Below, one piece after another: positions 36,162-50,411 of a stretch of DNA of 64,000 bases. The position numbers and the translations under genes are program-made. The notes beneath the pieces are model-generated. The model did no database searches. It had not been told where the DNA came from and saw only the letters and a program-made list of their open reading frames with translations. The DNA is from Guillardia theta CCMP2712 (Eukaryota; Protista; Cryptophyta): assembly GCF_000315625.1 (NCBI RefSeq), contig NW_005434665.1, positions 384,848 through 448,847 of the forward strand, in the 5' to 3' direction. The stretch's first letter is position 1. Each line of letters starts with the position of its first letter.

Positions 36162-36771
36162 TGCGGCAGCACCCCTGGGCTATCCCACCCTTCCTCCCAC
36201 CCTACCCCACCATGGATCATCTTTACCCCTCAGTCACCACGGATGAGATGGTAAAATAACCCGGTAGTAATGACCCCTACGTCTAAAAGATCCCACCCTC
36301 TCCGGGTAGGCCCTCTAGGTCAACGGAAGCCGAACTTTCCTCAGGGACAGGAAGGGAAGGGAAAGGGGGGGGAAGGGGAGAGGGAGGGATGGGGGCGGGA
36401 AGCAAGGGAGAGCGATGATGATGATGATGATGATGATGATGAGGAGGAGGAGGAGGAGGAGGTTCAAGACCAGGAGCTATGAGGAGAGGAACAGGTCGAT
36501 GACAAGTCTAAATCTGAGCAAGACAGATCAGGGCGCTCGGAAGCCAAGCAGGAAATCCGTGATGGAAGGCGAGAGGATGAATCAGATATGAGGAAGAGGA
36601 GTCAACGCGGCCACTTGTGCTGAGGCTCAGTAAAGATTCGATCATGCTCTTGGGAGCATCGAATACTCATCCTCACCAATAACGAGAATTCTGAATCAAG
36701 CTGAAGAGCTTGTTTACCTCACTCACTCCGAACACAACAAAAACACGATTGGGATGGGTCAAGAAGTTCAG

Positions 36772-39318
36772 TTAGTCGTGGACTGTATTCAGGTACATGG
36801 ACATGGGGACATAGGAAACCTCCTCCTTCTTGTCTTTGAACTTGACGGTGAGGTCAGGGCTGATCCCCTCCTACCATGGAAAGAGTGTCAACGATCCAGT
36901 GGAAACCATAACAACGAGACCTTGTTGATGTCTTGGCCAAGAGGAGTGCGGTACTTGGCAACAGTGATGACCAGCGCACTCCCGTCTTGCAGCCTCGCAA
37001 TGGTCTGCAGACAGACCATCCTTTCACTCTCACAGCACGCGCAGCAGGGAATCTCACACCTGCACCAATCCCTTGCCGTACGTCTGCTCTCCGATAACTC
37101 CCGCCCTCTTGTTGTCCTGCGATCTCATCAGCAACACAGCCTCCGTCAAGCTTTTCACACTTGTAGAGCTGCTGTGAGAACTTCTGCAGCACTCGCTGTG
37201 TTGTGATCTACAAGAACAGCCAACGAAACTTCGGCTAGTGCACCATTCTGTGTAGATGTGAGGGCAAGCACAGGAACACTACAAGGCATGTGATGCCACA
37301 TACATGCTCTGTTCGGTAGTCCGACCCAGACCCCTTGCCATCAGCCACAGACACGATGGTCGTGTCAGAAGGAAGCAGCTCCTGCTCTATGGTGTCAAGG
37401 CACAACTTACACACTCGATTTTCACCTTTGCAAGGTCAACCCCAGCTGGGAAATAACCCCCAAGGTTTCCTCTGAGGTCCAGCAGGAGAGCCTACGGTCA
37501 GGCGGTAAGGTCACCCCACCTGCCTCGGATCTGAAGGTGCAAACCTTAGCTCCCTGAGTTCTGAGCGCCTTCGCCTCGGAGAGAACCTGGGAAGACGCTC
37601 GTGAGCTCTAGAGTGACGGGCCAGAGGCAACCTGTGATGTTGTTGCCTTGTTGAACGAGGGGATTCGAATGACTCCAACCATGAAGCTGCAAAGAAAGTC
37701 AGACCGACGGACAAGACAAGCTCTCTGCTCTCCTCGACCTGTTCGACTCAGGTGATGGCACAAGCTTGGAAGAAACCGAAGTTGCCTTAAGGATCTCCCT
37801 TGTTAATACCAGTTCCCTTGTTTTCCCCTTCGACTCTGTAAAGTTTTTCAGTAACTCCAAACTCCATGAAGAAGCAAGACCAAGCTTGATGTTCACAGTG
37901 CTACCATCTTCTCCCCTCAGAAGCGAAGCAGCGTCATCAGGAGTGCTTCCAAGCTGTTGGAAAACTTGTCAATATCTCGAAGTTGAAACCCCTGAGATCA
38001 CAACACCTTCCCCCCGACAGACACGTCATTGATCGCGACGATAAATCCCCCTTTTTCACTCCCACTTTTTCAGCAGGAGATGATGGCACTACTGAAACAA
38101 TCTGGAACCAACGTCATCAACTTGCAGACACGAATCAGTTTCCAGTTTTACCTTGATCTGATTGCTCTCAGGATCCAATGCCATTTCTACTCCAACCCCT
38201 GCCTGTGGTGTCTCGCTCGTGTACATACTGCCAGGCGAAGCTTTGAATACAAAGTTGACATGATCGCACTGACTGAACATACTTGCTTAAAGTCTCGTAT
38301 TGTGCCGGCGTGAGGAATCGGGTAAACCTGTTGGAAGATAAATAGACCATAAGAACAAGTCTCAGCTTCACCTGTCTCCTAATAAACCCGTCATCTCACG
38401 AATGGCGGCATAGGCTTCCGCTGTGTTCTTGTAATTCGTTCGAACATATTTCTTTCGAACCTCGGTCCAGTCCTGTATGTCGAAAATTCCAAATAGTAAC
38501 AGTATCAGGAAAACACATTCCCTAATTCTCAAGTTCTTACATTTCCATTGAACGTTTTGTCAACAAAGGCTTTATCTAAAATCTTCCATGCCTCGGCAAC
38601 GATACGAGATTCTTCCTGAAGCGTCGCATCAACTTTGAGCAACTAGCATAGGGTACTCGGAAAACCGTCGAGACAGCGGCGACAGCAAGAGATCTTGTTC
38701 TCAAATATTCTAGTTGAGTTGAAGGAGGATTCTCAAGGGTGACTGCTTCAAAGAACAGCGTCAGAGAGGTGCGATCTACCCTGAAGACCTTTCCTGGCCA
38801 GAGACAGGTGGAAACGATAAGAATTGTGGTCACCACAAATTTCCTAAAAATCTCGAGCGGAACTCTGTAAAGCATCTCGGTTGAACTTCCAAAAGCACGC
38901 TGCAATGCAAACACCTGAAGACTGGAAATGCTCTGTCGATGATGAAGGTCAGCTTCGAATGGATCGCCTCCGTATGCTGAGCGGGCAGGATGCTCGAGTC
39001 GGAGTGACCCTTGGTGGACAATCTTAGCTTCAGTCGGCACCTGTGTACGGTCATAAGGCCTCTCAGGCAAGCAGAGCAGAGACCTTGCTTCGCAGTATCG
39101 GGTGAGGTCCTGACATGATCGCGCAGGAGTCATCTTCTTGCAGCAGTGTCAAGTCCTACTATTTCGAGGTCACAAATAGTACCAGTGAGGAAATCCAGCA
39201 GCTGCTCGGGCAGACCTGGGGAAATAGTCATCCGGTAGGAATGAAGCGTGCGAACCCATACCATGACAAGAAGGTACGCGAGAGCTAGTTCGAAGAGAGC
39301 TGTCTTCGAGTAGAACAT
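36772..39318 (-). CDS. ctpA: C-terminal processing peptidase S41 (CtpA-like, PDZ)
   Basis: AWKILDKAFVDKTFNG, RFTRFLTP, GVGVE, DLRGNLGG, catalytic NTASAAEV and TYGKGLVQ, TVAKYRTPLG.DI. The 5' limit (signal-like MFYSKTALFELALAYLLV) is uncertain. Confidence 0.82.
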
Positions 39319-40046
39319 CTGTTTGGTTCGGGATCAGAACGTGAACTAGTTTTACAGCAGCAATGAAATGAATCCCTCGAGTGAAAAAGAGATGCACTTA
39401 TGCCTGGGGGTGATTCTCATGGTGTTATAAAAGTATGCGTCACATCCTTTTGTCAGAGTTTTCAAGATTGGGTACGAAATCTATCGTTAGGGCCCATATT
39501 CCGAATGAGCGGAATGAAACTGTATTTTTGAAACGACCATCCTTCAACCATGCTGTTTCCAGCAAAGACTTTGCCTCTAACTTCAATTACGGCCATCGTC
39601 TCCTACATCTCCTTCTCCCTCGGCTCTTCATCATACTCCGCCTCCGCCTCCTGCACCTCCTCCTGCGCCTCTGCCTCTTCCTCCACTTCCTCAAGCTACT
39701 CCCAAACCTGCTCCTGAACTCCATCATCCTCCATTTGGATATAACGCTAAATAACCGTCTTGTTGTGACCGTTACAGATCGTTGAAGGGTTCAAGACTGT
39801 GCTTACTGCACCGGTGTATTCCAAGGGGCAAGAAGGGGTATAGAGGCGGTTTCAAGGAAGGGTGGGGGTATTGAATGAATCGTCTGCGAGGGGTAGGTAC
39901 CGACATGGGTACTACGTTGCTTAATTTTAAAGGGGTATGTACCCATGGAAATTTGTCCAGAAGTAGGGTGGGTGAGTTGAACTGTAGATTTGCAGTGGTA
40001 GTAGCCAAAGGCAAGGGGTATCCGGGTTAGAGGGGTGGACGCGCGG

Positions 40047-40950
40047 ATGGCGAAATTGATGGAGAGCAACAAATACGACACGCTGGCGGACTCGCGGCCA
40101 AATGTGAAGGCGGATCACTGGCTGACGACGATGATCAGATCATACATGATTCATCCTGAAGATAGGGAGCAAAAGCTCAGAGCCTGTCTCACCAAGGTCG
40201 CTGCTCAAGCTGAAGAGAGGTGAGTTGGATTTACGATTGGTAGCGCTGGGGAGGAGGAGGACCGTTTTGGATGGGAGATGTGAGAATTATGTAGCAACGT
40301 AAAACCTCTCTACAGTCCTGTGAGCTGAAGGATAGGGTGATTGGAGAAGGAAGAAGTTGATTGAAGGCTTTGAATAGTAATTTTGGGTACCTGTACGTTT
40401 AGTGGTATCCATGCGAGCGTGTTCAGAATGTTACAAGGAGCTTGCAGTCTCTGCTATCTTTCCTCAAACTTGAGGATGATTTTCGCAAACCAAACCTCTG
40501 ATAGGAATTCTGATGATCTTATGCTCCAGGCGAATTCTGCACCACTTGCCAACATTCGTTGCAAGGTTACTCACTGCTCTTACCTTCCGATAGATCTGAT
40601 GCTTCTACAGGAACTTCTCGCCCAAGGATCATACCTACATGCAGGAGAACCAGACAGCTCGTATGAGGGCTGAAGATGTGACAATGGAGAGATTTCACGG
40701 AAGCTACTAGATTTCCAACTTTGTGACTGAACTGTAGCACTTTTCCAGATCGCAGATGAATGGCAATAAAGCGCGCCTTGAATCACTCCCCGTTGCATCC
40801 TACCACGATATTGTATGCTGAGGCACAAAATGTTACATCGTGGTCGGTTACATGTCCGTTCTTCAAAACCGCTGAATTGCCCAGCGCTCCTGAACCCGTT
40901 GCAAGTACTTGTAAAGCAGGAGATATAGCTGAGTTGGTGTATTACTAAAA
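40047..40950 (+). CDS. Spliced hypothetical protein
   Basis: ATG after a GGGTA-rich block; exon MAKLMESNKY...AEE followed by a GTGAG donor; further short open exons. No family recognised; end uncertain. Confidence 0.35.
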
Positions 40951-41036
40951 ACAATGATTCTACAAGTCTGACTCCTTGGAATCATCAACATTTTGGCTTT
41001 CTTTGAGACGGTCGATGATACTCGAGTTGCTCTCGT

Positions 41037-42324
41037 CTATGATTGATCCCAAAGCAATAGATCCAAACTTGAAACAGAGATATGCCACCGACAATGAAGC
41101 TGATTGACAAAAGGGTCAAGCAAAGAAAATATTCTCGGTAATTTACCAAGGAAGACGAATATCCATGAGCACATCACCATCACCCCGCTTTCGGCCATGT
41201 ACAAATGAGTGTAAAGAATCTGCAACACTCATCAGCAAGAGACTTGAGAGAGTGATCCTCTGAAAGAAGATATACAAATTTGATCAACGAAAAGACAAAG
41301 AAAAGCATCAGAATTGAACTGACCGAGCACTTGGCGCTGATGTCCGAAGGAAATGCAAGACTTGAGAAGTCATTTTCGAAATTCATCGAGAACATGTTGG
41401 AAATCCGAAGGGAGACGAGAACTATGCTGCACATCTGAACAAGAAATAGGAAATGCGTCAAGACATGCCCTTGATGGCCGCCCATAGCAATCCAAGACGT
41501 CAACAGCAGGGCTGCTGGAAATGCAATGTAAGGGTATTGCGCTTCTGCACGGCTGCCCTCGGGATAAGCATGCAGTCTGTACAGCATCACAGGGAAAAGA
41601 ATCAAGAAGGACAAGAACGCGATCCAGAAGAAGTATTCCGTCCATTCTCCGAGGTCCAAGGAGGCCCCTGTTCCCGCTGCCATGGATAGGCCAACGAAAG
41701 GAATCAGCCAGTTGGGGGTCATCTGCCAACAGAATCAGGTGGGCCTGTTCCCTAGATATTCACGGGATGAACGCACCGAAGAGATGTCCTGAAATTTGAC
41801 ATGTCGCAGAAAGGCTACAAGAAACAAGCAATGAAGAAGGACAGCAACGCTCCAGATCACTCTCCCCAAGGAATGGTAACCGTGAATCCGGAGCCACCAG
41901 GCAATCATCATCATTGCCATGTCCAGGCATGGCAGCTCTGCATTCCCTTGAGTACTCAGCATGTCTTCAAGCACAAGGCTAGGAAAAAGGATCAATTTCA
42001 TGCTGTACAAGAGAAGAATTGAAACTCCGATGTTGAAAGAAATGAGAGAGAAAACCTGTTCGCATATTGTCAGCATAGAAGCAAGAGCTACTGAAAAATC
42101 GCACTTACATCTGCAGTATCCTTGATGAACTGAGCAGCTATAAGGTATTCGGCAGCTGTCTGCCATGTAATGCCGAGACCGCAGATACCCAGGGCGAGAC
42201 ACAGCACGCTGGTAGGCAGACGTGCGATGAGTCTTCGCAACATTTGCGAAGGCTTAATGCTGTTAAATTTCTTCCCTGCACTTTGCTGCCCAAGAAGCGG
42301 AGCTTTCTCTGCTGTCCCCTTCAT
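41037..42324 (-). CDS. TDT/SLAC1-family (tellurite-resistance/dicarboxylate) transporter
   Basis: RLPTSVLCLALGICGLGITW, MTPNWLIPFVG, YIAFPAALLL, SSLAFPS; multiple TM helices across spliced ORFs. 3' end approximate. Confidence 0.75.
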
Positions 42325-42430
42325 CTCGTTTGATAATCAGACAGGTACAGCAATACTCGTGGGTCGCTTTCTCCTCGTTCAGAACCTGATCCCGTACTCG
42401 TTCTGCTCTCTGCTTCCTCTCTGTCTTCTC

Positions 42431-44030
42431 TTACTCCTTGTTCTCGAACTCTATCACGCGACGGGTTCTCGTCTGATCCTCTCCCTCTACCATCCTCTTC
42501 TCATGTACTTCTCTTCCTCTTCCTCTGCCGCTACCCCGGGCATCGAAGGCTGCGGCATCCAGGCATGACGCATCTCCTTTCAATGAGGCGGACCTGAACA
42601 GTCTCGCGTTCATTACTGCCTCATCAAAAAGATTGAGGCGGGCTTGTAAAAACATGAGCGGGGATGAGGTTTCGATCGTGGCCCGTAGCATGGCGGGGCC
42701 CGCCAGAAGGCGTTGAGGAGGAGGAGGAGGAGAGGGGGGGAGGGGAATATGCTGGAGACATTTGCGATGTATTCATGCTAGGATGAAAATGTAGGAGAGG
42801 CACTCGTTTCTTCCATCTTTGCTTCGTTTTCTGTTCTTTTTCGCCCTGGTGTATGATTTGAATCAGGATCGTTGGTCGTTCGATAGATGATAATTCAAAT
42901 GTACCCATTTTTGGAGGTCCTTTTTCAAGATGCATTGTCATCTTAGAAGGAATGTTGCCAAACATAATGTTTGATATGGTTCCTCAATTTTGAGCTGAAT
43001 GCTTCACCATCTCTGATCATCTTTGGAATTTTCTGCAGCGTGGTCTGGACAAATCGCCCAAGCTCTTGGGGCAAACACGTAGCCTCCTCCTATAAAGATG
43101 GGAAGTGACAACAGAGACAAAGTAGATTTCTTGTCCAAGTCATCGTTACCTCTTCAAGTATGAGTCTCTTTCATGACATTGAACGTTCGAGCGGCTGACA
43201 TGCTATCCAGATTTTGATCTTCTTCAACGGTTGCTACTCGACCTTGTGAAGACCTTGTGACTCGAACTGTTTGAAAGTGACCCTTGCTCAGATTCTTCCT
43301 GGTGACACTAGCACTGCTGATCTGGAAAGGAGTGGAGTTTCCATACCCTGCTGGGAGACTTCCATGGGTAAGTGAAACAGGTGCCACAGCCTTCAAAGAT
43401 GGGTAATATTGAATGGCAGGAGATCATTCTTTTGTTTGTCTACATAGTGGTTGAGGTATCTTAGTTGTCTCAATACTATCGTTGACGGTTGTAACGTTTT
43501 GCTCCCTAGGCATGTAGACTTTTCATAGGTAAGTTTTGTCTGACATATTACTGGATCTCTCTCTGAATGTGTTGACAGGGTCAAAGGGGAACAAGACTGA
43601 GAATTGGCCAATGATACTCATGCTCATTGTAAGGAGACACGATGATACTTGTACATCCTTGCGTGAAGATGATCGCTTTCACTGCAGATCTTGTCCTGCT
43701 TCAGCGCGCTGGCAAATGTATTCTACATCAATTTTCAAACCTATGTGTAAGAGTTCTCATGACGGCATCATTTCAATCTTTTGCTGATCGATTTCTAGTC
43801 TTCGCTTGGACTTGATCTTCAACTCCATCTCATTCGCTTTCGTGGGATTGGAGATCATATTTGGAATATTTTCTATTGTGCGATTCGCAAAGTAGCTGGG
43901 CTCTGAGTGACAATATGCTGTATGTAGAAAGAATTGAAATAAATGTGCGACTTGTTTTCATCTCATTTCTTGTCTTTCTGCATTTCAATCATACACGTCT
44001 TTGTCATCTCACTGCATAGCCATCACGGTT
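42431..44030 (-). CDS. Low-complexity S/T-rich spliced hypothetical protein
   Basis: Chain of minus-strand open exons (43154-43396, 42624-42965, 42431-42691). No family recognised. Confidence 0.3.
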
Positions 44031-44706
44031 GATACCTTCCTCACGTGTGTTCCCAATTTCAATCACTAACGCAATTCAATAGCCTTGTATCTTTCTGCAG
44101 CGAGGAGCCGTCTCTTGCATGAGAAAGCCTCGAAGGGAGCAGGAGGAACCGAACAGGAAGAAGCATGCCACTCGTGCCATCCCCTCCTACCAAACATTCA
44201 CAACCGCAGGATATCTTCTCCCGTCTTCAGAGTCAATCCAACTCTTGGTCCTCTCACCCTGTCCGCTGGCAGAGCAACCATGATACACATCGAAATCTGC
44301 GATGTCCAAGACATGATCTTCCTCGTGACCGCTGTGCGGCTCCTCCAGAGGAAGTCGGAACAACAATAGTTGAGGCGTCGAGGTAGATCCGTACTTTCAT
44401 GCCGCCATGAGGCGATGTATGGGAATCATTGAACTACCACAGGAGCATACTTGAGAGCTAGTTCGGCTCTTGTCCCTGCTCCAGGGTCCTCCGCTTCCCT
44501 CCTGTCTCGTCTTCCTCCTCAGCCCTGCGTCGCGGGATTTGCATTGCGCGCAGCCACAAACCTTGCGTAAAGGCGGGAACTGGGTTTCATATTTCATTTG
44601 CTGACCAGGCGCAGTGGGGGCTCGTTGGGAAGAGGAGGGTAGGGACGTTCGAGCATAGGGATAGAGGAAGGCGAGAAGGAGAGGGGGCAGTGAAGACGAG
44701 CAAGGA

Positions 44707-44830
44707 AGGAGGAGGAGGAGGAGGAGGAGGAGGAGGAGGAGGAGGAGGAGGAGGAGGAGGAGGAGGAGAAGCAGGAGGAGGAGAAGCAGGAGGAGCAGGA
44801 GGAGGAGGAGCAGGAGCAGGAGGAGGAGGA
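44707..44830. repeat. (GAG)n / GGAGCA purine repeat
   Basis: Directly visible. Confidence 0.9.
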
Positions 44831-44937
44831 TGGAAGTGGGGTGGAGGATGAAGGTCTGGTGGCATAGAAGGAGCAGGGGGGTTCTTTCATTTCTGACTCA
44901 TTGTTTTGGATACGATCGTTCACGCTTGATATGCAGG

Positions 44938-46813
44938 ATGGAGCGCAAGACCGAGGACGACAGGAGTGACTCTAGCGATGAGGAGGAGACGGAGGAGTAT
45001 TCCCAGCTCTGGTGAGAACGCCCGGTGTTCCCGTAAGTCCCTCATGCTGCCTCCAGGCAGAAAGTGGAGAAAGTGTTCGAGGAATTTCACTTGTCCCCCT
45101 TCGCCATGGCGGCAGCGAAGAAGTGGGTGAAGCTCATGGCAGACCCGAGCAAGACGAACTTGACGCGGATCCGAGACTGGCTACTCCTCAGGATCAACAA
45201 CAAGCATCGCGCCCCTCCAGCTTCCAGGTGGCAGAAAGGCTGCCCCGACCTCGTTCCCGGCCTCCGTGCGCTTCCCTTTTGGGATCGAGGCATGCCTGAG
45301 ATGGGATGGGTGCGAGAGATTGAGGATCACTTCGAGGACGTGAAAGAGGTCTGCCCTGATCTTTGCTCTCCTGCTCCCCTGCTCCCCTGCTCTCCTGCTC
45401 TCCTGCTCTCCTGCTCTCCTGCTCTCCTGCTCTCCTGCTCTCCTGCCCTCCTGCTCTCCTGCTCTCCTGTTCTTCGTCCTTCTGCTGTGCTTTCGCATCC
45501 TCGTCTTGCTCTTGTTTCTGATCTTGAGCGACAAAGGAGCTGTTGAATCTGAGGGGCAAGAAAGGCTTCCAGCCATTCCGGCAGGTTGACTGAGGCCAGT
45601 TGACCCTTTACTTCGCCTCACAATCCCGCAGCCCAAGTGGAGCACGAAACTCGCGTCGGATGACGTGCGATAGGAGCGATAGACCTTGAGCCCTGTTGAC
45701 CCACTACCCTCAGGTTGGAGCAGTGAGCCATGACAAGGGGGACTGGAATGTTTTCTACCTCTTCCTGCACAACGAGAAGTGATAGCGTCGCTCCTTGCCG
45801 CCTTTCCTCCCCATAAGCTGCCCGCTCAGATTCGAGGAAAACTGTGCAAAATGCCCTAAGACTGTGGAATTGATCGAGAGAATCGCTCCCAGGTGATGCT
45901 GTCCCGCTCAAATGCTCTGTGGGAGCCGGCGGTGAAAGTTTCACGTTGACAGACAGTACAAGCATGCCTTCTTCTCGGCTCTGAACCCTGGGACTCATGT
46001 CATAGCTCACACTGGGGTGAGAGCAATCAATTCTCAAGCTGCCATCTGATGCTTTCACCAGCCGACCAACAAGAAGCTCCGATGTCATCTCCCTGTCACG
46101 GGGGTCGAGGGTAGTCGGCTGCGAGTGGCTGATGAGGTAAGGCTTCACTGTCTTGAAGAAGTTATGATGTTGATGCGATGTTGCACGACAAACAGGTTCG
46201 CGAGCAAGAAGAAGGTGTTTGTTACGTCTTTGACGACTCGTTCGAGCACGAGGCCTGGTGAGCTCTTCATGGACCACTTCCTTCCTCATCGTTCCACTCC
46301 AGGCATGATGGAACCTCAACGAGGATTGTACTCCATTCGCTTCCCCTGCTGTCATCGTTTCCATGAAATTGTAATCCATTCAGGTTTTGATCTTCGACGT
46401 TTGGCATCCGGACTTCAGGTAAACCCCTCCCCTGTGATCGAAGTTGGACCTTATGGAGTCCAACAGCGACGAGGAGGTCAAGTTTCTGGGGTACCTGCAG
46501 AAGAGTCAGATGAAGTAGGACCCCTTGATGCTCGCCTGCTGGGCTGTGCCATGTGATTGAGATCTTTTGCTTCCCCACAGGGAGGAGCAGAGGATGAGCG
46601 CAGGTCAAGACAGTGAAGACAATTTCTACAGGTGGAGCATGCAGTGCATACATGTACCCGTGTTCTTGATCGTGCTCGCAGCCTCCTCAGGAAGACAAAA
46701 GATCTCCTGGTGGACGACAGGTCGTCGAAGTCCTCCCCTGCCGCTCCTCCCTCCCGCTGACCCTCTGCAGCTGGTGGATTGCCCCCGATGAAGCATCAGC
46801 TCATGGGAGGTGA
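44938..46813 (+). CDS. Aspartyl/asparaginyl beta-hydroxylase-domain 2OG-Fe(II) dioxygenase
   Basis: PGLRALPFWD, GDWNVFYL, NCAKCPKT, PGTHVIAHTG, NKKLRCHLP, VFVFDDSFEHEAW and IFDVWHPD across exons. Confidence 0.85.
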
Positions 46814-47886
46814 CGGGGAGCGCGCGGCCTTGAGAGCGTCTGACGCGATGATGTCTCAAGGAGAAAACATCGAGTCTACGTCGGGGGCCTCGGTTGGATG
46901 GACGTTAGCACCGCGGGAGGGGGGGGGGTGAGGGTACTTCCGAAGGTGAGCGTCTCATGCTGAGTTTGTCGTCGATTGATCCTTGGAGGACAGAAGGCAA
47001 GGCCCGAGACATCGATCTACGTGAGTGGGTTCGGTTTTCATAACATTTCAGAATAAAGTCGTTCCGCTCCTAGTGTACACGCAGTGAGCCAACGTATGCG
47101 GAGCTGCTAGTCTGCGAGAGGATGGGCATGCTCGAGCAAGTCATGGCGGGCTCATGTCTACGAGGCGGGCTCATGCCTCGTCTCTTCCATCTTCATAGGC
47201 CATGCTATGATGATGATGACTGCTACTCGTGTGATGTGTGTGGATACCCTTCCCAGCCGACTGAGCACGCGATCAAGGGCGAAGTAACAAATGAGAGGTA
47301 TGAGATTACCGCAGCTTCTCCTGCATAGTGAAGACGTCTTTGCCTGGCAAAATCTTCCTTTCCTGAACCCAAAGCGTCAGCTGGACAAACACAGGAAGCA
47401 CTCCATCATACTTTTCCGCTCTTCCTCCTTCGTTCCTTTCGGCCTCCAGGGCTTCGGTTCAATCATATTCACCGATCGTGTGGACGATGCAGCACCCATG
47501 TTTGGTACTTCCGCTTACCTTATCGTACTTGTGTTTATGTTTCCATATGACTTCCGTCTCGACATTCACGTCGTTTTCCCTCCTCTTCCTTCGATCCGCC
47601 CAGTCTCAAGTTTGCTGCTGTTTGCCTGCACCTTTCGTCAGGACATATTCCCTCCTTGCTGAGTCACGGAACCCCTACAGCTCGTCCCCCTCCCTCCCTC
47701 CTCACTTCATGGCTCATTGTTGCGCTCATGTTCCGATCCTCCTCTGCCTCCGTCTCATCGTTACCTCCTCCTCCATCCCCTTTCTCACTGCCCATTGCGC
47801 CCTAACTTTGACAAGCCCTCGTCCCCACTCACCGCTCTTGATTGAAGCCCTCATCCCCGCTCATTTCCTGCCATCAACTGCCGACG

Positions 47887-50411
47887 ATGGTGAGGCATGC
47901 CCCAAGGACGACCGATGAGTCGCTGGCTGAATATGGCAGAGGATCAGACTTGACGGCGCTCTCCCTCCCTCCTCCCTCCCCCCTCCTCCGTCCTCCGTCC
48001 TCCATCCTCCGTCCTCCGTCCTCCGTCCTCCCTCCTCCGTGCTCCCTCCCTCCTCCGTCCTCCGTCCTCGGTCTTCCCTCCATCCTCCATCCTCCGTCCT
48101 CCTTCCTCCGTCCCTCCGTCCCTCCGTCCTTCCGTCCTCCGTCCTCCGTCCTCCGTCCTCCGTCCTCCGTCCTCCGTCCTCCCTCCGCCTCTCCCATCTC
48201 TCCTCACCTGCCATCACAGCGCGGTCTGACGGTACCCTGACTCGATCTTCCAGGAATTCGAAAACTCCAAGTGGCAGATTTTTGCTGAGGGGGTGAGCAT
48301 GTCGGTACCTCCTCCACTTCCTTCATGAGTGTCTTCATGCAGGAGAGTAGCTGGAGTGGCTTAGCAAGAGACATCAACGCCAAGGACAAAGTTGCCATCT
48401 ATGTGGTGAGTGAAGCTATATCTGCTCTTACCTCCTACCCCTGCTGCACCCCTGCTCTACATTCTCCTGCTGGCGAGTGAAGGAGCGCGCTCTCAGGCAT
48501 CTTCGGGAACGGGAGAGATCGTCAAGCTTGTCGACCAGGGTGACGGAAGTGCTCAGATCGTGCAGAAAATCCCGACAGGAGGGGTCCCGAGCTCCCTGGC
48601 GTTCGACGAAGTTGGGTAGAGCATTACCTGTATTGCGCTGCATGTGAGGGATGGATGGCAGAGCTATCTTCGTGGGAGACATCGCCTTGAAGTGCATTTT
48701 GTCCCATCCTCCCGAAGACTCTGAGTTCCAAGTCAGCGAGGACTGTGCTTCCACTGCTGGACTGAAACGTGAACCAGGTCCTGGTGTCTGATTACGAGGG
48801 CCAGCAGTTCTTCGGGCCCAACAGCCTTTGTTTTGACAGGTCAGTGTCAAGGCACGTCCTGTAGCAGAAGCGCTGCTCAACCTGACTGCAGCAACGGAAC
48901 GCTCTTCTTCACTGATAGCGGGCCCATGGGGGACACCAGCCTCTCCAACCCCAAGGTGCTGGGACAAGTGCTGTAGCCGCACGCTTATGCTCTTCTCCTC
49001 AGGGGAGCGTGTTCTGCGTTAGCTCGGAGGACCAGCTGCTGAAGCCTCTGGCGGTCAACTGCCTTGCCCACCCCTCCGGTCAGTGTCAGTCTCCGGTCGC
49101 GCCGGGCCCTGGACGGCCGGGCCCTGGACGGCGACTGACGGGGAGGATGGAGCAGGGATCGCCGTTAGCCCCGACGGAAGCTGCGTCTACGTGGCTGAGA
49201 CCATGGCGAACAGAATCCTGAGGTGGGGGGGGGGGAGGGAAGAGATGAGAGAGGGGAGGAAGGAGGAGGAGGAGGTGAGAGACGGGAGGAGGGAGGAGGA
49301 GGAGGTGAGAGACGGGAGGAGGGCGAGAGGATCTAAGTGACGGGATGAGCGGGAAAAACGAAATGGGAACGGGGGGAGGAGGCAGAGAGGAGCTGGTAAT
49401 GGGAGGGGCGCAGGTTCATCCGAAGGCCGACGGGGGTCTACATGTGCAGCGTGTTCCACACGTTCAGCGGGGGGTTCGGGCCTACGAGCCTGGCGTGCGA
49501 CTCGAAGTCGAACCTCTACGTCTGCAGGTGGGCGTCGTGATGGAGGAGGCAGGAGGGAGCAGGGAGAAGGGAGAAGGAGGGAGAAGGCAGGAGGCAAGAG
49601 GCAGGAGGGGTAAAGAGGAGGAGGGAGGGGGCAGGAGGCAGGAGGGGTAAAGAGGGGGCGGCAGGAGGCAGGAGGCAGGAGGGGTAAAGAGGAGGAGGCA
49701 GGAGGCAGGAGGCAGGAGGCAGGAGGGGTAGAGAGGAGGAGGAGGGGGCAGGAGGAGCTGCTGGTTGCTAGAAACTCTGAGGGAGTGACTGGCAGGTTCG
49801 ATTGGGCCAGGGCTGTCACTTCAGAGCGAGATTCGCAGACGGTAGGAAAGAGCCTTCTTGCCCTGCTTATCCTCACCCTCTCTCCCTCCCTCTCCCTCTC
49901 CCTCTCCCTCTCCCCCTCTCCCCCTCTCCCTCTCTCTCCCCCCCCTCCCCCTCCCCCTCCGTCCCTTCCTCCTCTCCCTTCTCCCCCCCTCCCCAGCCTC
50001 CTCATACTTCTCTCTCCCACCACTCTCTGCGCCACTTTTGTCCTCCTGCGTCTGCTCGTTCTCATCCCGCAAACCCCGCAGGTGGGAAAGATTGCGGTGC
50101 TGGATGAAGAAGGAAGTTTAGTGTCCGAGGTGACCGAGCTTCTCTTATGNNNNNNNNNNNNNNNNNNNNNNNNNNNNNNNNNNNNNNNNNNNNNNNNNNN
50201 NNNNNNNNNNNNNNNNNNNNNNNNNNNNNNNNNNNNNNNNNNNNNNNNNTCTCCCTTCTCCCTCCACCCTCCCTCCCTCCTCCTCCTCCTCCTCCTCCTC
50301 CTCCTCCTCCTCCTCCTCCTCCTCCCCTCTCCCTCTCAAGTTCAGCTCGCCCTCTCTTCTCTCTCTCTCATCGCGGAAAGAACCGCTGACGGCAGCCTGT
50401 CCATCAGCTGA
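47887..50411 (+). CDS. SMP-30/gluconolactonase-like beta-propeller protein (spans assembly gap)
   Basis: GGVPSSLAFD, YEGQQFFGPNSLCFD, LFFTDSGP, LAHPSGIAVSPDG..VYVAET..NRILR, GPTSLACD..SNLYV. Start uncertain. Confidence 0.72.
50150..50249. other. Assembly gap (100 N)
   Basis: Run of N. Confidence 1.

Noticed and set aside
47122-47328. Short ORF with a CxxC motif
   Set aside because: No splice, codon-bias or family support sufficient to call.
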